From Pachysolen tannophilus NRRL Y-2460 (lineage: Eukaryota), in contig KV454017.1 in assembly GCA_001661245.1 (NCBI GenBank), positions 775,903 to 839,902 on the forward strand: a stretch of 64,000 nucleotides of DNA. Reading direction: 5' to 3'. Every line of letters begins with the position of its first letter. Positions within the stretch are counted from its first letter, which is position 1. A program made the translations under genes and the position numbers. Positions 1 to 10,329 of this stretch are shown piece by piece. The notes under the pieces are model-generated. The model saw nothing but the letters and a program-made list of their open reading frames with translations, searched no databases and was not told where the DNA came from.

Positions 1-2761
1 CCCTGTTCAAAACACTTGGAGATAATTCTGAAGGAAACATATCTTGGGAATTGTAAAATTCGTCTTTGTCCGCTGGATCAACCTTGATACCATATTCTTT
101 GAAGTCATCACCGAAATCAGAGTCTGCGGACGTATCCTCTAGTTCAATATATTGAAACGTGTTTGTAAGTCCATCATCTCCTGTAATCCCGAGCCCTTGG
201 ACTTCAGATTTCTCAACATACTCTGAATTCTTCCTAGATGAAGAATTGGCGAATCCACTTCCTCCCATTGGGAAAAATCCATTGTTGCGTGTATAGCTTA
301 TAACTCTTTGGCCTAACAAATTAACCTGTTTTGGAGATATATTTCTTTTAGCCAAATTGTCAGCTTTCGGTGTCATACTGGTAACATTCACACCACACCT
401 TGTGGTTTGATGCTTTGGAATATGTTGATACTCAGGTTGCGACTGCCAAATGGATAATACCTCGAATTGGGGAGTTGTTTCTGTATTGGTGTTACTCAGT
501 GGAGAAGAAATCTTTCTTTTACTATAACTGTTAGTGGAATTGTTTGATAAAGTTGATTCGTCACTCAAGTCCAAATAGTGAGGATCTTCCTCAAATTGTG
601 GATATGGTAACTCAAATTCTGTTTTCGAGATTTCTGCAAAGGAAGAATCACTGTTTGAATCTATCGCTGTTCCAACTTTATCCTCCTCAAATTCTTCAGC
701 AATATCCAGCTCAGTGGAGTTTCCTAAAATTTCTTGTTGTTCCTGATTTGACGCAGGTAAGCTTGGATTAGTACCAAACTTATCTTTTTCCAAAATATCA
801 TCTTCCTGTGAATCCAAAATATCATTTGAATCTAGATTTTTTAAACCTTCGTTTTCCTCTGTCTCTTGAGCAATTTCCAGACTCTTCTCTGTATTCATAT
901 CTTCGTTCATTATTGAAATTTTGACTTGTTTCTGGTCAGAATCATTGTCTGCTTCTTTATCAGAGTCCAATTTAAGGCTTGCTGATTTTGTATCATTGTA
1001 GATCGATGACACCTCATTTTGATATAAGGAATCACCCGCAACATTGAGGTTCTCAGACTTTACAATATTAACCAGATCTGGACTCTCCACATTCGAAACA
1101 TCTTTAGGACTTATTATTTCTTTGAAATTATCGGTCAATAATTGACCAACTTCCGAAGGTGATAAGGCTTCAGTTGTTGAAGATTTTTTTTGGTGAGTTT
1201 TCAGTAATGATTCCTCGGTTATGACATCTTTTTGTTCATTTTTACGAATATTAGTATCCAACAATTCGATTATTGATTTTTCTGCACTTATAAAATCATC
1301 GCTATCATCTGTTGTTTTAAGACTACCAAATCTATCTTCAACCACGTCTTGTCCAAACACTACAGGCTCACGAATTAACTCTTCAACGATTTGATCATCA
1401 AAACCTTTAACACCGTCTTTCATTATTATTGGAGCACCAACAAGCCCCATATCACTGTTTGTGAACAAAATACGTTCATTTGATAAAATTGACAGCTGAG
1501 ACAGAATAGAATTGGATCTTTCTAAGGACAATTTTAATGAATGATTTGAATCTGTATTTCTAACATTTGTTACGTATAAATTTGATAGATCCGAGTATGC
1601 TTGTTCTTGATTTAATGATACTCGTTTTTCATCATTAAGTAATATATCTTCATAAAAACTACGTTTTTTTCGAAGAGTCTTTTTAATTTTCTGATCTTCA
1701 AGATATCTATCATGGTCATAATCTAAATCTAAATCATTTTTGCAATTATCTAAAACTGCGTTTAATTTTTCTTCTAAAGTCAACTTTTTGGATAAAAGTG
1801 CAACTTCCTCTGTAGTAATATCAAGATCATTAACCCTTGAACATTCACTTGAAGTGTCGCTATCAATGTCAGCAATTGATCTCTTGTCTGGCGATAAAGC
1901 ATTTCCCAATGGAGTTCCTACGAATGACGAATCTGCAGAAGTTTTATTAATAGGTGGTAAAGGTTTATAATGTTTTTTCAATGGTAATGCTTTCCATTTT
2001 AGTTCTTCACTTTGATTCAAGTCATAAATATTTTCTTCCACAAGTGAGGCATTAGATTCATCTTCACTACTTTGTTGTTCATATTCACATATTTTTGGTG
2101 GACTAGAATCTATGACTACCGATTTTCTGGATGGTGAATTATCCAGTGCCAATTCTTGAATGTTTTTATTTTTACCATTTGGAGTTCTAAGAATTGAAAC
2201 ATGTTTATCTTGAATTTTTTTAGGTGAAACTGATTTTATTGGTTCTTTAGCAATTAATTCTCTTGGGCCTTTAACTTGTGAATTTGATCTTATAATGATA
2301 TTATCATCAATACCTACATTTGATGAAGGATATTCAGGTTCCAATCCAATCGATGTTGGTATCAGCGGTATATCTTGTAAGAAATTTGAACTTTCTTTTT
2401 CGCTATTATTATTTTCCCCAATTCCTTTTTCTTCTGAATCAAAATTTAAACTTGTAGAACTTGAATTGACATTTTTAAAATTTAATGGTTTTGTTGGTGA
2501 TATCTTTTCAGGTTCCGTTTTAATTTTATCAGTATCGAGTTGTAAATCTGATGATGAAATTTCTTTTAAAAATAAATCAACCGACAGATTTTCATGTTTA
2601 AAGAAATTCTCTTCAACTTTCTTGGATTTTGATTTTGACTTCTTATTTTTAGATTTCTTTACCAGCTTCTTTGATAATTTGATCGAATCTTCTCTTTTCA
2701 TTATGGAAACCGCATCGTCTGCTATCTCAATTCCTGGTGATTCTTTTTTAATAGTAGCCAT
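1..2761 (-). CDS. BUD4: Bud4/Int1-like anillin-related septin/bud-neck protein, 5' part only (runs off the left edge)
   Basis: Not in the ORF track. ATG at 2761 (MATIKKESPG...). The frame was open in the parts I translated (about the first 390 codons and the last codons before base 1). Large acidic S/T-rich protein with SRKSVVIDSSPPKICEYEQ, resembling the fungal Bud4 motif SVxFDxxPPQIxEY. BUD4 also lies near RPL43B in S. cerevisiae. The diagnostic C-terminal anillin/PH region is outside the window. Confidence 0.6.
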   Translation of the reverse strand, partial: MATIKKESPGIEIADDAVSIMKREDSIKLSKKLVKKSKNKKSKSKSKKVEENFFKHENLSVDLFLKEISSSDLQLDTDKIKTEPEKISPTKPLNFKNVNSSSTSLNFDSEEKGIGENNNSEKESSNFLQDIPLIPTSIGLEPEYPSSNVGIDDNIIIRSNSQVKGPRELIAKEPIKSVSPKKIQDKHVSILRTPNGKNKNIQELALDNSPSRKSVVIDSSPPKICEYEQQSSEDESNASLVEENIYDLNQSEELKWKALPLKKHYKPLPPINKTSADSSFVGTPLGNALSPDKRSIADIDSDTSSECSRVNDLDITTEEVALLSKKLTLEEKLNAVLDNCKNDLDLDYDHDRYLEDQKIKKTLRKKRSFYEDILLNDEKRVSLNQEQAYSDLSNLYVTNVRNTDSNHSLKLSLERSNSILSQLSILSNERILFTNSDMGLVGAPIIMKDGVKGFDDQIVEELIREPVVFGQDVVEDRFGSLKTTDDSDDFISAEKSIIELLDTNIRKNEQKDVITEESLLKTHQKKSSTTEALSPSEVGQLLTDNFKEIISPKDVSNVESPDLVNIVKSENLNVAGDSLYQNEVSSIYNDTKSASLKLDSDKEADNDSDQKQVKISIMNEDMNTEKSLEIAQETEENEGLKNLDSNDILDSQEDDILEKDKFGTNPSLPASNQEQQEILGNSTELDIAEEFEEDKVGTAIDSNSDSSFAEISKTEFELPYPQFEEDPHYLDLSDESTLSNNSTNSYSKRKISSPLSNTNTETTPQFEVLSIWQSQPEYQHIPKHQTTRCGVNVTSMTPKADNLAKRNISPKQVNLLGQRVISYTRNNGFFPMGGSGFANSSSRKNSEYVEKSEVQGLGITGDDGLTNTFQYIELEDTSADSDFGDDFKEYGIKVDPADKDEFYNSQDMFPSELSPSVLNR

Positions 2762-4488
2762 TTTACATAGACTTTGCTATAAGCTATACTATTTTTTTTT
2801 TTGGCGCAAAAAAGAAATAAAGCAAATAAAAGCAAATTCTAGTATAATATCAATTATATTTTGAATAACAAAAAAAAAGAAAAAAAGAAAAAGAAAAAGA
2901 AAACGATATTTTTAAGACCACTCAAAATGGTACTTTGTCTGTGCTTTTATCAATATGTTGAATTTAATTTTTAAATACTTGTAATGTGTAAGTTAATTAC
3001 TTTCTTTATGCTTTGACATAATTTCTGGTGTCTGATTGTTTATTTACATTTTACCTATTTAGGATATCATTCTTATAAGCTACAATATTTCCTAATCGAG
3101 CAGGTTTGTGTTTGTTGTGCACGCACTACACAGTTTTTTGTTTTTTTTAATCTTTCTTTCGGTTATCTTTTTCATCTCTCACTTTTTTTTTTATTTATTA
3201 TTTTTAGGGGCGCTTTCAAACTTTATTACATAATCAAGATTTCGCTAAAATTTACTTTTAATACTACTACTACAAAATATAATACAGATGAATAGGCGTT
3301 CAAAATTTGATAAATAAATAACCTTAAATTATCCTTATACACTACTAAACGTGGAAATGAAAAAAAAAAAAAAAAAATAATTTGCATCCAGTGCACTATA
3401 AAAAGTAACCCCAAAATAAAAAATAAAAAAAAACGTATAATCTGAGAAACTTTAGCTACCTATTATTACGTTGTAATTAGCGCTGATTTTATGTTAACTT
3501 TAATCGTTAACTTTAGCACTAAAAATTTTCAAATCTCGAGCAATTTAATGCTTTCAAAAAATTTTCAACAAATAAAAATTAAAAGCCAGTATGTTTAACT
3601 CCTGAAACTTTTCCTAACACCGGGTCACATACTTGATCACCCAGAATATATTGTTTGGAAACTGGAGATACATTTGGAATGATGAATGGCTTGCTAACTG
3701 AGTTAGATAACGGTAAATACTTGATTTTATTGTTTGCTGGCATTTTCGATTATGGAATATTATAATTAAATTAATATAGAAATATTTTATTTAATCAAAG
3801 AAAAAGGGAATTAAAATGAAAAATAAAAAAAGGGAAGAAAAATGCTCAATTTATATAGATATCACATCGATGAGTAATTTGATTTATTTGCAGCCCCGGG
3901 TCATGATTTAACAATATTCAGTGAATTTTTAATGATCTTCTCTCGGCAATTTTCCGGGAAAGAAAATCTGGGGAAAAAAAAAAAAATAACAATTATATAT
4001 GAAGATTACGTAATAATAGCCTATGAAATAATTAATGACCTAAAAAATAAGAACAAAATAAAAAAAAAAAAAAATTTTTTTTGTTTTGATGTAGTTTGGT
4101 TGTCGTCACTATATTGGTGACTAATGACGCTAATGTCACTAACAAAGCAAGTGACATGACACTAGTAAAATTAGTGACACTAGTGACATGACATGGGTGA
4201 CTAAAACAAAAAGGCGTGGATCTCGTACGAAATTTGTTCAGACTTTAGACAAATATTACTCTTACTTATATTATAATCTAGACTATCATCCATCAAGTTG
4301 CAAGATGCTACTACACCATCTACAAGTAAAGTGCAAAGTGTTTAATATGTGGAAACAAACATCAATTTAAGTACATTAACCGAAAAACTTTTTTTTTCTT
4401 TCCTAAAAAAAGAAAAAAAAAAAATAATAAGCCACTAAAAACAAATATATAATAAAACTTTTTTATAACTTCTTGTAATTTGGAAAAC

Positions 4489-5261
4489 TTAAGCTTCAGC
4501 CAATTCTCTTAAACGACGAATGGTGGATCTGGCAGTGGCAGCAGCAGCGGTTGAGACGGTGTAAGCACCACCAGCAACGGTTTTACGGCATGGTTTACAA
4601 CTCCAGATACCAGTAGCATCTCTCTTAACGGTCTTTCTACCGCAGAATGAACAATCGTATTTAGCATGTTGTTGAACTTCCAACTTCTTACATTGTCTTC
4701 TTAAAGATGAACCATAACGGACACCATATTTACCTGTGATACCAACCTTCTTAGTTCTTTTAGTCCTATAATCAAAAAAAAAAAAAAATGTTAGTACAGA
4801 TGAAAATTTAAAAAATTAACAAGCTATATTTTATTGTGAATAAGAGTTTAATTTGCAGTATCGATTTGAAAACGTTTAAAGGACAAACTGTTTCATTATT
4901 ATTACTCTAAAAATTTTGATTAACATATGGAAAATAAAATCTATCATTCTAACCATACCATGACTTGACTTCATGATCCAAAATGAAAATTTATTGAGCT
5001 CCAATACTGAAAGTTTTTCAATTCAATCCGTCGTGTGTTTACTTTATATCTGCTCTTAACATTTAAAAGCAATAATTTATTTTTTCAAACTTTTAAAAGT
5101 TTCCATCATCCATTATATCCATTGTCATAAGTCATACAATAATCAACTCGTTTTTTTTTTCTTAAACAAAAAAAGAAAACAAATACTTTATAAACTACTA
5201 AACCCCCCCTGCTCTTATTCACAATAAAATCATTCTATCCTATCATGGTTAAAACATACAT
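4489..5261 (-). CDS. RPL43: 60S ribosomal protein eL43 (L37ae), spliced: exon1 5261-5260 (AT), intron 5259-4766, exon2 4765-4489
   Basis: AT|GTATGT donor, TACTAAC branch (about 4790-4796) and TAG acceptor give [25 protein letters not shown]...CSFCG...WSCKPC...[10 protein letters not shown]. This is the classic eL43 sequence with its C4 zinc finger. Confidence 0.97.
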
Positions 5262-5362
5262 TTTGAATTATTAGTTAAAAGATGTTATATAAAAAGACTA
5301 ATATAATAATTTTATTAACAAATATATATTTTTGCAAAAATTTTTAAACATACTGAATAAAG

Positions 5363-5588
5363 TGAAAATTTTGATTGAAAAAAAAAAAAAATCAGTTTGG
5401 TCAAGAATACACTTCCAAAAATTGCCTTATTGTCACGATAACACATAGTGGAATTTTTACACTTCTGTATGTCTGATCTGTCATTTTACTAAACAGTTAT
5501 TTTGTTGTTCTAAAATGTGACTGTTTTCTTGTAGTGTTTTTCATCTTTTTCTAATTAGGGTAAGCAGCCCTTATTTTAGAGACACGTG
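5363..5588. promoter_or_regulatory. RPL43 promoter: RRPE-like site, Tbf1-like TTAGGG/CCCTTA pair and Cbf1 E-box
   Basis: TGAAAATTTT at 5363-5372; TTAGGG at 5555-5560 facing AGCCCTTA at 5566-5573; CACGTG at 5583-5588. Confidence 0.6.
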
Positions 5589-5777
5589 AAGAAAAAAAAC
5601 CTACATCTTTACATCTTTACATATTATTTCTCTTTTAGGATAATTGGTATTCCTCTAGCGATAGCACGACTATTTTGTTATTATTGGGTCTTACATTAAA
5701 GTTGAAGCTTAAAATCCCCCTTTTTTTTTGTTTTCATTTTTTTCTTTGGGAGATGATGTACTCAAAAGAAAAGAAAG

Positions 5778-5818
<41 letters not shown>

Positions 5819-6279
5819 NNNNNNNNNNNNNNNNNNNNNNNNNNNNNNNNNNNNNNNNNNNNNNNNNNNNNNNNNNNNNNNNNNNNNNNNNNNNNNNNNN
5901 NNNNNNNNNNNNNNNNNNNNNNNNNNNNNNNNNNNNNNNNNNNNNNNNNNNNNNNNNNNNNNNNNNNNNNNNNNNNNNNNNNNNNNNNNNNNNNNNNNNN
6001 NNNNNNNNNNNNNNNNNNNNNNNNNNNNNNNNNNNNNNNNNNNNNNNNNNNNNNNNNNNNNNNNNNNNNNNNNNNNNNNNNNNNNNNNNNNNNNNNNNNN
6101 NNNNNNNNNNNNNNNNNNNNNNNNNNNNNNNNNNNNNNNNNNNNNNNNNNNNNNNNNNNNNNNNNNNNNNNNNNNNNNNNNNNNNNNNNNNNNNNNNNNN
6201 NNNNNNNNNNNNNNNNNNNNNNNNNNNNNNNNNNNNNNNNNNNNNNNNNNNNNNNNNNNNNNNNNNNNNNNNNNNNNNN
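5819..6279. other. Assembly gap (N run) flanked by poly(A)
   Basis: Run of n characters. Confidence 1.
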
Positions 6280-6346
6280 GCTTTACTTTAATAAAAAAAA
6301 AAAAAAAAAAAAAGGGGGAAGATCAAACAAAGGGTTCTTTCTTCTT

Positions 6347-8696
6347 ATGTTTTCCCCAATTCCATCAGAAAAAGAACAAACGCCTAATAAGCACAATCAA
6401 ATTAAAGATGGGTATCACAACTTTGGGATAGATCATAATGGGAATATAATCAAGAGGGATTTTGATATTGAAAGTTATTTGAACTTTGATGAAAACAAAG
6501 AAAATGAAAGTTTAGTGGCGGTAGATTCTAATGGTGATTTACAAAAAACACGTACATTCTCACCTTTTAAATTTAACAGCAATTTTAGTTTTTCAAATGA
6601 AATTGAACATGAAGATAATGATTCAATAAAAGAAATAGGCTTAGGATTGAATAATAACGATTTTAGAAATGGTAAGTATTCCTTTTAATTTTATTCCTCT
6701 GGCCTTTTTGTTGGACCTGGCTAACTTTTTCATTTAATTTTTTTTTTTGCTTTTCTTTTGGCATTCCATAGCTTTGAAGAAAAATTATAAACCAAATCCA
6801 CCTTCAAAAGTTAACACAAAAAATTATAAAATTGAAAGAACTCCACAAAATAATTTGCCTTTATTAAGAGACTCATCTACAACTTATTCAGAAGTGTCGG
6901 GAAAAGGGCTCAATATTCATCAACATCAACAGCACCAACAGATATCAAATAATAAAGATGTGGAAGTGGAATCAGATTATAAAGCTACTGATGTTAGTAG
7001 GAAAGAAGTGAATGGCCAGTTTTCCAAGAAAACAGATTTTTTCTTACAAATGAATAATGAACAGATTCCACCTTCTCGGAAAAGATTTACAGATGATACA
7101 ACTGAATTGGAAAATTCAGATAATAATCCCAAAATTGGGCACTTTCTTAATATTAATAAAAATGATACTTTCCGTTCAAATAGTAACAATAACAATAACA
7201 ATAATTCTAATAATGGCAATGAAAATGATGATTTTAAGTGTGGAGTATTAACAACAAGAGGTACTTGTTGTAGAAGAAGATTAACTTGTAATTCACATAC
7301 TGATGAACAGAAAAGTTCAGTTTTTAGGTCAAAACCTTATGAGTTTATCTTGAAAGAATTCATGGAACAACAGCGGTTGGGGAAAAAAGATAAAGTCACT
7401 AAAGTAGATAATGAAGAAGATTTACAATTAGAAAATGAAAAAGCCAAGAGAACTTATAAAAAAAGGAAAACTAAAAATGATAAAATGTTCCTCTCAAATG
7501 CACCATTATTAATTCAGCATCCTACTTTTCCCTCTTTGGACATTCAAAATCAGTTTGCCGATCTACATTCAACTGAAAGTATGATACAAAGGTCACGATT
7601 TCTGTTGCGTCAACCCACAGAAATTACGCCTAAATTTTTGACAAGACATCATCTGCACGCAGATGATGGGTTACATAATAATATGCTTTTATCCGTTCAA
7701 CTGTCTTCAAATCTAAATTACAATAATAGTGAACAACAACATGAGTTTGTTAGACTGAACGAAATTGCAGAAATACATAGTACAAACCAGGTTTATGGTA
7801 AAACTAACATTCCGCCTACATTACAACCGAAGGAAAATGAAAATTATTATCTTGAAAGGTATTTGGAAAATGGAAATAGTTACAATGCTAATCACTTAGA
7901 TGAATTAAATTTAGAGAATAATGTTAATTTGCATTATGAGAATGACAATCAAAATACATTACTAGCATTAGCTCTATTGGAAGAAAATAATAACACCGTA
8001 GAGATAAATCAGGAATCGGGAGATTTCAACCGAATTCACAACGATATTCACCCAGTATATACAACACAAGCAAAATCAGTTTATAATAGAAATGATTTAA
8101 ATAAGGAAGAACAAGCATCGAAAACTTTATATCATCCACAGCCAAAAAAAGTCACAAATCATCTAAGGAAAGCAGAAGATACAATAGGTGAAAATCATGA
8201 AGAACCCCTGTTTAAAGCCAAAAATAAATCTGATAAAAAATCATCAAAAGAACAAAAATCCAAAGAATCTCATTTAAATAATATTGATCTTCATGATCCA
8301 TGTATTGAATTATTAAATTCCTTTGTCATTGATCCAACTCCAATTGATAATAATGAATTTAGTTTTGACGTCAACGATCTTTTAAAAGATATTGAAACCC
8401 AAGATGAATCAGATGAGACCTACAACAAGCCTGAGCTTCTTGAAGAAAAAAAGAACTCAAAGGAAAGAGATCAAGAACTGTCCGGCTGCGATGATAGTAG
8501 AGTTACATCGTTTAGAGTTTCTATGTTGAAGGAACTATTGAAAAGAAAAAGTGTTAAAAAATTAACACACCAATTCTCCGAAGATTTAGTTAATTATCAA
8601 ATTAAAATGGTTAAAATATTATTAATGGATATCAAAAATATGTCAGAAGAAGAACGTCTAGCACAAATTCAAGTGAGATTCCAAAATAATAATTAA
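6347..8696 (+). CDS. SCA7 zinc-finger domain protein (Sgf73/ataxin-7-related), spliced: exon1 6347-6671, intron 6672-6771, exon2 6772-8696
   Basis: G|GTAAGT donor, GGCTAAC branch (about 6719-6725) and TAG acceptor at 6771 join the two ORF-track frames in phase. CGVLTTRGTCCRRRLTCNSH...RSKPYEFIL matches the SCA7 C-x9-C-x5-C-x2-H motif. The start codon is uncertain because of the gap upstream. Confidence 0.7.
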
Positions 8697-9151
8697 TTTG
8701 TTGTGCAATCGGTTAACCCAAAATCTACTGTCGTAATTCTCGATCCCAATAAGTTAGATATTAAAGTAAATAGTTGTGATTTATTTGGTTGTTTCATTTT
8801 TTTTTTTTTTTCATTTATTTTTTTCATTTTTTGCTTCATTTTATGTTCTTGGCTCATCTTTAAATAATCTTTTAATAAAAAATTAATTAAGGCATTTTTT
8901 TCATTTTCTTGGAAGTTGATTGATTAATCATCCATCTGCTTTAAGAACATATAACAACTTATGAGCCGCAAAATCATGTAAATAAATGTAAGGGAAAGCG
9001 GGTATTTTACCCGATTAGATCAAGGTATAAATAATTTTTCATTTTACTTCTATTGCGATCATACCTGAAGATATGGAAGCATGCCATGAGTAAAAAAAAA
9101 ATTTAATAATATATAAATTGATTAATTCAAGCAAACTGTTAGGAAGGAATT

Positions 9152-10048
9152 ATGTCAAGTCAAACTAAAGTCGTCACAAATTACTGTCTTCCGAAACCGA
9201 GACCAGCTTATTTACCTATTGAGGGTTCTCTGTTATATGCAAATAGAGATTTCTACGATAAAATTGCCGAAACAGCTGTAAACAATAAGAGGAAGTTGAC
9301 ATATAAAAATGTTTGCCCAATTAGATCTGGTTTAGCCTGGAAAGTTCCTGCTGGAAGTGTGTGCAGAATTGTTACCATTGAAGGTCCACAAGTTTGTGAT
9401 TTGAATATTTGGAATGCTCATAATCCTAGAGAGAGAATGTGGGCATCAAGAACCCGCCAACTTCACTCTTGTCATGTTTCAGTCTACGATAGATTATGGA
9501 GTACTTTACCATATTTGAGACCATTGGTTACTATCACTGGGGACTCATTAAAAGATAGAGGCCAAGATGAATGGGGAGGAAGAGTCCATGATTTAATGGG
9601 TACCAGATGTGATCCATATGTCGACAAATTACTATCAGGTGTTGACAATGATTTCCATTGTCATTCAAATTTGACTAGAGCTATTATGCCTCATGGATTA
9701 ACAGAATTTGATGTACATGACGTGTTGAACGTATTTCAATTGACCGGAACAAATGAGTATGATCAATATTTTATGGAGCCTTGTCCCGCTAAAAAGGGTG
9801 ATTATTTCGAATTCTTTGCTGAAATAGATTTACTTTGTGCCATTTCCACATGTCCTGGTGGCTCTCTCAAAGATTGGGGGTGGGGAGAAGGCGATGAAAA
9901 TCTGTCTTCTGGTGATATGCTTGACTCTTGCAGACCATTGGGTGTCGAAGTTTACACTATCACGGATGATGAAATTTTGAAAAATTGGAAATCTCCAGAA
10001 CCAGTTGACTACAAGGGAAATCACGGTCTTAAATTGGCTCCTCATTAA
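9152..10048 (+). CDS. DUF1989 (urea-carboxylase-associated, YcgI-like) family protein
   Basis: Motifs EGPQVCDLNIWN, ERMWASRTRQLH, HDLMGTRCDPY, HCHSNL, VHDVLNVFQ, GDYFEFFAEIDLLCAISTCPGG. Confidence 0.85.
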   Translation: MSSQTKVVTNYCLPKPRPAYLPIEGSLLYANRDFYDKIAETAVNNKRKLTYKNVCPIRSGLAWKVPAGSVCRIVTIEGPQVCDLNIWNAHNPRERMWASRTRQLHSCHVSVYDRLWSTLPYLRPLVTITGDSLKDRGQDEWGGRVHDLMGTRCDPYVDKLLSGVDNDFHCHSNLTRAIMPHGLTEFDVHDVLNVFQLTGTNEYDQYFMEPCPAKKGDYFEFFAEIDLLCAISTCPGGSLKDWGWGEGDENLSSGDMLDSCRPLGVEVYTITDDEILKNWKSPEPVDYKGNHGLKLAPH

Positions 10049-10329
10049 TTATTCAATTAGACACATACATATATATATAGATATTCATTTACATAGATAT
10101 ATATTGTTAGCTGGTTTTGGTTGGTTGATTGGTTTGTTGATTGGTTGTTCGTGAAACTGCAGTTGAGCCGCACGGTGAAAAATTTCAACACACATTAAAA
10201 GCGGCTATCTATCTGTAAATGGATAATTACTTATTTAATAGCCGTTATCATGATGCTTTAATATATATAAAGTCAAATTAACACACTTTTTATTTGTAAT
10301 GAATACCTTTATTAGTTGATATATAGTAT

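Noticed and set aside
544..2864. Plus-strand ORFs of 75-189 aa, and the many short ORFs antisense to real genes elsewhere
   Set aside because: Shadows of genuine CDSs on the opposite strand, mostly with TTG/GTG starts and no recognisable motifs.
5675..6346. Long ORFs spanning the N run (also 17919-18594)
   Set aside because: Artefacts of translating through assembly gaps and poly(A)/(T) tracts.
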